This document shows positions 57,003 to 64,000 of a stretch of DNA of 64,000 nt, piece by piece (position 1 is the stretch's first letter; each line of letters opens with the position of its first letter). The notes below the pieces were generated by a model that did not search any database, was not told the DNA's origin, and saw only the letters and a list, made by a program, of their open reading frames with translations. This stretch comes from Myxococcota bacterium (lineage in GTDB: Bacteria > Myxococcota_A > UBA9160 > UBA4427), in the NCBI GenBank assembly GCA_041389445.1, contig JAWKRW010000001.1, positions 970,686-1,034,685 of the forward strand, read 5' to 3'. A program made the translations under genes and the position numbers.

Positions 57003-58210
57003 GCCCGTCCGACGTCCCGCGCCGTCCGCTGTCGACGGCGACCCGATGCGCCCGTCCGCTCCGCGCCGCGCTCGGCGCCCTGCACGTCACCCTGTTCACC
57101 GCCGCCCTCACCGCCTGCGCGCCGCCCTTTCCGGACATCACGAACTGGGACACCCCGCTCGCCGCCGGCCCCGAGGCCGACGAGCGGCTCCTCTGGCAGA
57201 AGGCCGAGGAGGACGTCGACGCGGCCGAGAAGGAGGGCGAGCTCTACGAGAGCGAGCCGCTCGTCGCCTACCTCGAGGCGATCGTCGCGCTCCTCGCCCC
57301 GCCCCTGCCCTCGACGGGACCGAAGCTCCGCGTGCGGGTGGTCCGCGACGTCGACCTCTCGGCCGCGGCGCTGGCGGACGGCACGATCCTGATCGCACTT
57401 CCGCTCGTGGTGCGATTCGCGAACGAGGACCAGCTCGCGAGCGTGCTGGCCCACGAGCTGGTCCACGTCCTCCGCCGCCACGGCCTGCGCTCCCAGCGCT
57501 ACGAGACGTTGACGGGTTCGCACGTCGAGCGGATGAAGCTGAGCCGGGCGCTCGAGCAGGAGGCGGACCGTGAGGCGATCGCGCTCGTCGCGGCTGCGGG
57601 CTATGCGCCGGGCGAGTGCGTTCCCGCGCTCTCGATCACGGCCCAGCGCATGCCGGGAACGCACGCGCGGACGATCCGAACCTGGGAGAGCCACGACGAC
57701 CTCTGGGTGCGCGTCGCCGCGATGAAGACCGCGCTCCGCGCCCTTCCGGCGCGGTCGACGGCGCAGCCGTTGCGGATCGAGCCCTTCCGACGGGCGATGG
57801 ATCCGCATCGGCTCGCGGCCGCGAAGCTCGAGCTCGACGCCGAGCAATTCGAATCGGCCCGCGCGCTGATCCAGGAGCACCTCGAGCGCCATCCCGACTC
57901 GGGTCCGGCCTACGCGCTGCGCGCCCTGGTCGCGGCGCGCGAGAAGCCCGAGCAACGGCTCTCCGACCCGGTCGGCGCGGACCTCGAACGCGCCGTCGAG
58001 TACGGCCCCCAGGATCCCGAAGCCCTGCGCGCGCTCGGCCTCTACCTGCGCGATACCGGCGCGCCCGAGCGGTCGAACGAGATGCTCCGTCGCTACCTCG
58101 CATCCCGCCCCGACGCCGTCGACCGCAAGCTGATCGAGGGCTACCTCGCCCGGCCCGCGCTCCCCGCGCCGCCCCACGAGTCCCTGGGCGCCCCTGATCC
58201 TTCGCGGTAG
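56999..58210 (+). CDS. M48-family zinc metallopeptidase lipoprotein with C-terminal TPR-like repeats (BepA-like architecture)
   Basis: ATG at 56999 overlaps the upstream stop. Lipobox AALTAC. HELVHVLRRH (HExxH) and EQEADREA. C-terminal helical repeats. Confidence 0.8.
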   Translation: MSPSDVPRRPLSTATRCARPLRAALGALHVTLFTAALTACAPPFPDITNWDTPLAAGPEADERLLWQKAEEDVDAAEKEGELYESEPLVAYLEAIVALLAPPLPSTGPKLRVRVVRDVDLSAAALADGTILIALPLVVRFANEDQLASVLAHELVHVLRRHGLRSQRYETLTGSHVERMKLSRALEQEADREAIALVAAAGYAPGECVPALSITAQRMPGTHARTIRTWESHDDLWVRVAAMKTALRALPARSTAQPLRIEPFRRAMDPHRLAAAKLELDAEQFESARALIQEHLERHPDSGPAYALRALVAAREKPEQRLSDPVGADLERAVEYGPQDPEALRALGLYLRDTGAPERSNEMLRRYLASRPDAVDRKLIEGYLARPALPAPPHESLGAPDPSR

Positions 58211-58307
58211 TCTCGCGAGGCGCCCGGGCGGCCCCGATCGATCGTCACCGTCCCCGCCGCATGCCCGGCGAGCCGAACGCGCCCGCCGCCGCGAGCCCGC
58301 GAATCGA

Positions 58308-58340
58308 GTCAGCCGATTCGGGTCAGCCGATTCGGGTCAG
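58308..58340. repeat. Tandem 14-nt direct repeat (2.4 copies) just upstream of the thiolase-like gene RBS
   Basis: gtcagccgattcgg at 58308-58321 and 58322-58335, then gtcag at 58336-58340. AAGGAG RBS at 58343-58348. Flanking cgaatcg...cgattcg inverted elements. Confidence 0.9.
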
Positions 58341-58359
58341 TCAAGGAGCCAGCCTTCCC

Positions 58360-59526
58360 ATGCACGGAAAAGCCGTCGTCGCCGGCGTCGGAGAGTCGAC
58401 CTACTACAAGCACGGACAGTCCCCCGATACCGAGTTCCAGCTCGCCTGCACGGCGATCGAACGCGCCTGCGCCGACGCGGGGCTCGACCTCGCCGAGGTC
58501 GACGGCCTGATCTCCTACATGGACACGCGCAACAGCCCGCTGCGCATCGCGGCCGCCCTCGGCATGAAGGAGCTGCGCTGGTCGTCGACGCCCTGGGCCG
58601 GGGGCGGCAACAACTCGGCCTCCTGCGTCATGCAGGCCGACGCCGCCGTCTCCGCCGGCTACGCGAACTACGTCGTCTCCTTCCGCGCGCTGGCGCAGGG
58701 CCAGTTCTACCGCCTGGGCTCGGGCTCGACGCTCGCCGCGGGCGCCGCACCGGAAGGCCTCTCCTGGGGTCTCCCCTACGGCGAGATGACGCCCGCCCAG
58801 GAGTGCGCGCTCCACACGAAGCGCTGGATGCACGACCATGGCGTCTCGCAGGAGGCGCTCGCCGCGATCGCCCTCGCCTCCTACGCCAACGCCCAGCGCA
58901 ATCCGCGCGCCGTGCGCCACGGCCAGCCGCTGACGCGCGAGGCCTATCACGCCTCGCGCTGGATCGTCGAGCCCTTCCATCTCTTCGACTGCTGCCAGGA
59001 GAACGACGGCGCCGCGGCGCTCGTCGTCACGACGCCCGAGCGCGCCCGCGATCTCAAGCAGAAGGCCGTGCCGATCCTCGCCTCCGCCCAGGGTCTGGGA
59101 CCGGACATCGGACTCACGGCGTTCCAGAAGCGCTGGTTCCCGGGCATGTACTACGAGAACGTCGGTCGGATGATCTGGGAGCGGGCCGGCATCCGGCCGA
59201 CCGACGTCGACGTGCTCCAGCTCTACGAGAACTTCACGGGTCCCGTCGTGATGGCCCTCTGCGAGCTCGGCTACTGCAAGCCCGAGGAGGTCGACGCCTT
59301 CGTCGCCGACGGTGCCCTCGAAGGGCCGGACGCGAAGCTCCCGTTCAACACGAGCGGCGGCAACCTCGCCGAGGCCTACATCCACGGGCTCGAGATGACC
59401 ATCGAGGCCGTGCGACAGGCGCGCGGCGATTCGACCTGTCAGGTCAAGGACGTCGACTACTCGCTCGCGATCGCCGGGCCGGGCTACGCGCCGGGTAGCG
59501 CGATCCTCTTCGGCGGAGCCCGCTAG
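58360..59526 (+). CDS. Thiolase-like (SCP-x / Ltp-type) protein
   Basis: AAGGAG RBS then ATG at 58360 (MHGKAVVAGVGEST...). C-terminal NTSGGNLAEAYIHG thiolase-fold pattern. Confidence 0.8.
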   Translation: MHGKAVVAGVGESTYYKHGQSPDTEFQLACTAIERACADAGLDLAEVDGLISYMDTRNSPLRIAAALGMKELRWSSTPWAGGGNNSASCVMQADAAVSAGYANYVVSFRALAQGQFYRLGSGSTLAAGAAPEGLSWGLPYGEMTPAQECALHTKRWMHDHGVSQEALAAIALASYANAQRNPRAVRHGQPLTREAYHASRWIVEPFHLFDCCQENDGAAALVVTTPERARDLKQKAVPILASAQGLGPDIGLTAFQKRWFPGMYYENVGRMIWERAGIRPTDVDVLQLYENFTGPVVMALCELGYCKPEEVDAFVADGALEGPDAKLPFNTSGGNLAEAYIHGLEMTIEAVRQARGDSTCQVKDVDYSLAIAGPGYAPGSAILFGGAR

Positions 59527-59605
59527 CCCGAAAGCCCGCGCGGGCGGCCCCGCGCAGCCCCTCGACGCGCGTCGCGGCCAGCCCGCGCGCGCACGGAGAA
59601 TCCCG

Positions 59606-60034
59606 ATGCCCCGACTCCTCGGCGACGACTTCCTGCTCCCGAACCTCGGCCCCCACAACACGCCCTATTTCACGGCCGGCACGATCCAGATCCAGTTCTG
59701 CAAGGCCTGCGGCCACGCACAGCATCCGCCGGACGACGTCTGCTATGCCTGCCGCAGCCGCGACCTCGAGTTTCGTGCGATGCCCGGCACGGGTCGCGTC
59801 GAGAGCGTCGTGCTGGTCCACCATCCGGTGCATCCCGCGCTCAAGACGAAGGTGCCCTACCCCATCGCCGTCATCTCGGTCGACGGCGCGCCGGGCTGCA
59901 ACGTGCTGGGCAACGTCGTGGGCTGCGCGCCCGAGGACGCGAAGATCGGCGATCGCGTCCGCGCGATCTTCGACGAGGTGAAGCATCCGCAGACGGGCCA
60001 GACGCTCAAGATCCCCAACTGGCAGCGCGTGTGA
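59606..60034 (+). CDS. DUF35 OB-fold / zinc-ribbon protein (thiolase partner)
   Basis: Zn ribbon CKACGHAQHPPDDVCYACRS followed by an OB-fold segment. Confidence 0.8.
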   Translation: MPRLLGDDFLLPNLGPHNTPYFTAGTIQIQFCKACGHAQHPPDDVCYACRSRDLEFRAMPGTGRVESVVLVHHPVHPALKTKVPYPIAVISVDGAPGCNVLGNVVGCAPEDAKIGDRVRAIFDEVKHPQTGQTLKIPNWQRV

Positions 60035-60038
60035 GCCC

Positions 60039-60542
60039 TTGATCCGCCCCGCGACGGCCGACGACGCGGCCGCCCTCGCCCGGATCTACGACCACTACGT
60101 CCGCAACACCGTCGCCACCTTCGAGGAGGATCCGGTCCCGGTCGCGGAGATGGCGTCGCGCATCGACCGGATCGGACGCCTCGGCCTCCCCTACCTCGTC
60201 GTGACGGCGGAGGACGCGGACGGGGCCGCCGGCGCCCCGGTCGGCTATGCCTACGCCAACCGCTGGCGCGAGCGCTCGGCCTACCGCCATACCGTCGAGA
60301 CGTCGATCTACCTCGACCCCGAATCCGTGGGTCAGGGCCTCGGGACGCGCCTGTACGCGACGCTGCTCGAAGCGTTGCGCGCGCGCGGCCTCCACGTCGC
60401 GATCGGCGGCATCACGCTGCCGAACCCCGGCAGCGTCGCACTGCACGAGAAGCTGGGCTTCCGCATCGCCGCGCGGTTCCACGAGGTCGGCTTCAAGTTC
60501 GGCGAGTGGCTCGACGTCGGCTACTGGCAGCTGGCGCTCTGA
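60039..60542 (+). CDS. GNAT N-acetyltransferase (phosphinothricin acetyltransferase-like)
   Basis: TTG start. IRPATADDAAALARIYDHYV...TFEE...YR.TVE.SIYL....GQGLG..L...L pattern typical of the PAT subfamily. Confidence 0.8.
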   Translation: MIRPATADDAAALARIYDHYVRNTVATFEEDPVPVAEMASRIDRIGRLGLPYLVVTAEDADGAAGAPVGYAYANRWRERSAYRHTVETSIYLDPESVGQGLGTRLYATLLEALRARGLHVAIGGITLPNPGSVALHEKLGFRIAARFHEVGFKFGEWLDVGYWQLAL

Positions 60543-60612
60543 GACCCCGCGCCGGCGCGACCGCGCGACCGGACACACCCGTCGACCGCGACGCGACCGA
60601 CCGCACGGCCGC

Positions 60613-61653
60613 CTAGCCCTTGATCCCGTACCGCAGGAGCGCGAACAGGTTCCATCCCACGATCTCGTCGTGCTGGTTGTAGTAGGTGTCGAGGTTCGTC
60701 TGGAAGTAGCCTGGACCGAGGCGCGTCTGCTTGAGGGGGGAGCAGTTGACGACCTCGGTCGTCGAGTAGACGCGATCGCCGGGCCGCAGCAGCTTGCCGT
60801 ACTGCTGGGTCGAGCCCTGCGCGATCGTCTCGCGCGCGCCGGGGGGCGTGGGGATCTGCTTCGGCGTGCCCTCGACCGGCGGCCAGGGCTTCCGAGCGGG
60901 CCAGTTGCTGTCGGGCGCGGCGGGATCGACGCCCTGCTGGCCGCCGCGGCGCATCGCCCAGGTGATGAGGCCCATCGGCGGCGCGACGACGCCAGCGTGG
61001 CGGCTCTTGCGGGCGTAGTCGCCGTCGACGTAGAGCGGATTCGCGTCCTCGACCATGTCGCACCAGTAGAGGATCTGGACCTCGGAGACCGGGTAGCCGC
61101 CGTAGGAGCGGGGCCCGACCTTGCCGAGCCACGCCTTCGCGAAGTCCGGCATCTCGGGATGCGGCGTGATGACGGGCTTGCCGAGCTTCGTCACGGGCTG
61201 GACCGGCCCCGCCGTGCGCGACGGCATCGCGATCGTGGCGCTCGAGGTCGCGGCGAGCCCGTGATCCTGGCTCGACACGCCCATCTCGACCTTGACGAGG
61301 CGGTCCGCGCCGGATTCGCGCTTCTCCGTGACCCGGCCCTCGACGATCGCCAGGTCGCCCGGACAGAGCGAGCCGACCATGTTGAGCGTCGTCTCCCGGA
61401 AGTCGCTCTCGGGCCCGCACCAGTCCGTGACGTAACGCCCGAAGAGCGCCTGGTCGAACATCGTGTTGACGAACATGTCGCGATTGCCGACCGACTTCGA
61501 GTAGGCGGGATCGTGGTGGTAGGGCATGAGGTCGCGCGTGCCGCAGACGGCGAGGATCAGGGTCTTGACCGTGATCGGGAACTCGAGTCGAGGGAGCGCC
61601 TGACCGACCTCGACGTCCTCCCAGTACAGAAACGGCGGCATGGCTGCGAGCAT
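60613..61653 (-). CDS. Fused double hot-dog MaoC-like (R)-specific enoyl-CoA hydratase
   Basis: AAAGGAG RBS then ATG at 61653. The N-terminal half has the hydratase-2-like CGTRDLMPYHHD. The C-terminal half has the degenerate VEDANPLYVD (no His). Two about 150-aa hot-dog modules in one ORF. Confidence 0.75.
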   Translation of the reverse strand: MLAAMPPFLYWEDVEVGQALPRLEFPITVKTLILAVCGTRDLMPYHHDPAYSKSVGNRDMFVNTMFDQALFGRYVTDWCGPESDFRETTLNMVGSLCPGDLAIVEGRVTEKRESGADRLVKVEMGVSSQDHGLAATSSATIAMPSRTAGPVQPVTKLGKPVITPHPEMPDFAKAWLGKVGPRSYGGYPVSEVQILYWCDMVEDANPLYVDGDYARKSRHAGVVAPPMGLITWAMRRGGQQGVDPAAPDSNWPARKPWPPVEGTPKQIPTPPGARETIAQGSTQQYGKLLRPGDRVYSTTEVVNCSPLKQTRLGPGYFQTNLDTYYNQHDEIVGWNLFALLRYGIKG

Positions 61654-61764
61654 CGTCGACTCCTTTCGTTGTGAGGGCGCGCTTCCGATCGACCCGGGGT
61701 CGACGATAGATCGCGACCGATCCGACCGCACGACGCGCGTCGCCCGACCCGTGGACGCCTCCGC

Positions 61765-64000
61765 CTAGCGACTCTTCGGCAGCCCGAGCTCGATCTCCGC
61801 GACGAGGCTCCGCAGGATCTCGACACTGCCGCCGTAGATCGTGTTGACCGGCGTCTGGCGGAAGACCTCCTCGAAGAGCCCGCCCGCGACCGCCAGTCGC
61901 TCGGCATGGCCGACCAGCGCGAGCGGCCCCGCGAGCTCCGCCCAGGCCTGGGCGTCGTCGAGATAGGTCACGGCCGAGAAGGACTTCGTCATCGCGCCCT
62001 TGCCGCCGAGCGGACGCCCCTCCGCAGCGAGCCAGGTCGAGCGCAGGCGGAGCAGGCGCGAGACCTCGGCGTGGATCGCGGACTGCGCGAGCTGCTCGCG
62101 CACCCGCGGATCGTCGCCCGGGCGCGCGCCGTCCGGCCCGGGCCGCCCGGCCCAGTCGAGCAGCTGCTCGAGGAAGCGCTCCTGCAGGTCCGCATAGCCC
62201 ATCGCCTGTTCGAGGCCGAGCGCGAAGCGGACGACCGCCCAGCCCTGGTCGACCTCGCCGACCCGGGCGCTGTCCGGTACGCGCACGCCGCGCAGCGAGA
62301 AGGAGTTCGTGCGCTCGCCGCCGAGCGTGTGGACCGGTCCGATCTCGACGCCGGGGGCGTCGGTCGGGACGAGGAACATCGTGAGGCCGCGGTGCGGTCG
62401 ATCCTGCCGGCTCGTGCGCGTCAGCGTGAAGACGTACTGCGCGACGTGGGCCGTCGTCGTCCACATCTTCTCGCCGTCGATGATCCAGCCGTCGCCGTCC
62501 CGCCGCGCCTGGGTCCGCGCGGCGGCGACGTCCGAGCCCGCGCCGGGCTCGCTGTAGCCGAGGGCCACGAGGATCTCGCCCTGCGCGATGCGCGGGACGA
62601 GGTCGCGCTTCTGCGCGTCGGTCCCGAGCGCCATCAGGGTATGGCCGATGAAACCGTTGTTGAGCAGGCCGAACCACGGAAAGCCCGCCTTCGAGAGCTC
62701 CCAGTAGAGCATGTGGATCTCGTAGGGATCCCGGCCGCCGCCGCCCATCTCCTTCGGCCAGCCGGCCGAGACCCAGCCATGGGCGGCCAGCTTGCGGTAG
62801 AGCGGCCAGTCGTGGCCGCCGCCCTCGTGGCGCTCGCGCAGCGCGTCCTCTTCGCTGAACGCGCGCGCGAGAAACGCGCGGATCTCTTCGCGGACGCGTT
62901 CCGCGCGCTCGCCGAGACCGAAGTCGAGGGAGCTCGACTCGCCGGCGGCCGGCTCGATGACGACGGATCGGGCGTCGCCGAGCGCGAGCGCGGCGACGTG
63001 CATCCGCTCCTCGCGCGTCCCGCCGGCGAGCAGCCCCCAGGCGAAGGCGCGGCGGTAGTAGAGCTGGATGTCGTACTCGAGCGAGAAGCCGTAGCCGCCG
63101 TGGGTATGCAGCGACGCGCTCGCCGTGCGCTGCGCGGTCTGCCCCGCCCAGACGAGGGCCATCGACGCGAGCGACTCGAAGCGCGCCGGGTCCGCGGACC
63201 GCGCCCAGGCCGCCTCGCGACAGAGGAGCTCGGCGCCGTCGACCCGCGTCGCGCAATCGGCCAGCGGATGCGCGATCGCCTGGAAGCTCCCGATCGGGAC
63301 CCCGAACTGGATGCGCTCCTTCGCATAACGCGACCCGATCGCGAGCGCCTGCTGGGCGAGACCCGTCAGCGCGAACGCGATCAGACACTTCCACTCGGCG
63401 AGGCCCGCCGCGTACGCCGCGCGCGCCGCGGAGCCCGAGGCGAGGACCCGCCGCGCGAGCGGCCCGGCCGGCGAGAGCGACCAGAGCGCGTGGGCGCCGG
63501 ATCCGACCTCGCGCACCGGCTCGACACCCGCACGCGCGCCGCCCGCCACCGCACCGGCCTCGTAGAGCACGAGCGAATCGCCTTCGAACGCGAGGACCGC
63601 CTCGGCGATCGCACCCGACGCCACGAGCGTCGCCCCCTCGGCCCGTGCCCGCGTACCGCTCGTGGCCGCCGTCCGCTCGGGCGCGAGGCCGACGATCGCC
63701 GCGCCGGCCACGACTCGCGCGAGCAGCTCGCCCTCCGGCTCGACCGCCGCGAGCACCCGCGCCGCCACCGCCCCCTCGAGGAAGGGCACGGGCGCGAGCG
63801 TCCGCCCGCCGCACGCCGCCACGATTCCGAGCTCGAGCAGCCCGAGCCCGAGCCCGCCCGCCGCCTCCGGCACGCCCATGGCTGTCGCGCCGAGCTCGAC
63901 ATAACGTGCCCACAGCCTCTCCGAGTGGCCGGTCGCCTCGTGCTCCCGGACGTGGGTCGTCGGACATTCGCGCGCGAGCAGGTCGCCGAAGGTCTGCTCG
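61765..64000 (-). CDS. Fused two-module acyl-CoA dehydrogenase (5' end outside the window)
   Basis: The frame stays open upstream of the track's first ATG (63879) to the window edge (...EQTFGDLLARECPTTHVREHEATGHSERLWARYVELGATA-MGVPEAAGG...). The first module has ERIQFGVPIGSFQAIAHPLAD but no xEPxxGSD motif. The second has YSEPGAGSD, IIDGEKMW and C-terminal IYGGSVEILR. Confidence 0.8.
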   Translation of the reverse strand, partial: EQTFGDLLARECPTTHVREHEATGHSERLWARYVELGATAMGVPEAAGGLGLGLLELGIVAACGGRTLAPVPFLEGAVAARVLAAVEPEGELLARVVAGAAIVGLAPERTAATSGTRARAEGATLVASGAIAEAVLAFEGDSLVLYEAGAVAGGARAGVEPVREVGSGAHALWSLSPAGPLARRVLASGSAARAAYAAGLAEWKCLIAFALTGLAQQALAIGSRYAKERIQFGVPIGSFQAIAHPLADCATRVDGAELLCREAAWARSADPARFESLASMALVWAGQTAQRTASASLHTHGGYGFSLEYDIQLYYRRAFAWGLLAGGTREERMHVAALALGDARSVVIEPAAGESSSLDFGLGERAERVREEIRAFLARAFSEEDALRERHEGGGHDWPLYRKLAAHGWVSAGWPKEMGGGGRDPYEIHMLYWELSKAGFPWFGLLNNGFIGHTLMALGTDAQKRDLVPRIAQGEILVALGYSEPGAGSDVAAARTQARRDGDGWIIDGEKMWTTTAHVAQYVFTLTRTSRQDRPHRGLTMFLVPTDAPGVEIGPVHTLGGERTNSFSLRGVRVPDSARVGEVDQGWAVVRFALGLEQAMGYADLQERFLEQLLDWAGRPGPDGARPGDDPRVREQLAQSAIHAEVSRLLRLRSTWLAAEGRPLGGKGAMTKSFSAVTYLDDAQAWAELAGPLALVGHAERLAVAGGLFEEVFRQTPVNTIYGGSVEILRSLVAEIELGLPKSR

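Noticed and set aside
60521-63967. 1148-aa minus-strand ORF in an alternative frame over the MaoC and ACAD genes
   Set aside because: It has the same strand but a different frame from ORFs with clear MaoC/ACAD motifs. The translation is Arg/Gly-rich nonsense.

Overview
Very GC-rich bacterial chromosomal segment; third codon positions are almost all G/C, which produces many long spurious antisense ORFs. I support about 58 protein-coding genes. I saw no rRNA, tRNA, CRISPR array, IS element, integrase or prophage signature, and no recognisable transcription factor or sensor kinase. Lipoboxes, an Lpp/OprI-type lipoprotein and a PEP-CTERM-like tail point to a diderm host.

Layout:
- 0.1-9.4 kb: housekeeping and redox genes. 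These are a thioredoxin-fold/octahaem cytochrome c lipoprotein, family-4 UDG, aroE, ferredoxin, rpmG, an L24 gene, a PQQ-type sugar dehydrogenase-cytochrome c fusion and an MBL-fold hydrolase.
- 9.7-14.3 kb: cell-envelope cluster. It holds an Lpp/OprI-like lipoprotein ending in Lys, a YafK/DpaA-like and an ErfK/YbiS-like L,D-transpeptidase, an SLT lytic transglycosylase and a large lipoprotein.
- 14.5-20.3 kb: mixed small-molecule and lipid genes (BKACE, methyltransferase, SDR, START, GGCT, DUF360, fatty-acid hydroxylase).
- 20.4-25.4 kb: transporters (CaCA, DASS, CstA plus a tiny RCC-terminated partner).
- 26.2-29.3 kb: a 1048-aa secreted beta-propeller / di-haem peroxidase-like / TSP3 / PEP-CTERM-like protein.
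- 29.3-64 kb: a dense oxidative catabolic island resembling steroid or isoprenoid-lipid degradation. It contains LLM oxidoreductases, a BVMO, Zn-ADHs, three Amidohydrolase_2 paralogues, a KstD-like flavoprotein coupled to a Rieske oxygenase, two thiolase-like/DUF35 pairs, a fused double-hotdog hydratase and a fused two-module acyl-CoA dehydrogenase that runs off the window end.

Most notable non-genic signals:
- a 126-bp array of eight ~16-nt GAA/TTC-type repeats at 34274-34399;
- a (CCATG)6(CCCTG)3 pentanucleotide microsatellite at a gene start (35597-35641);
- purine-rich repeats in the leader of the Lpp-like gene;
- a 14-mer tandem repeat upstream of a thiolase-like gene.

All family names come from motifs read by eye and remembered sequences; no searches were run. 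Many start codons (several GTG/TTG) are best guesses.
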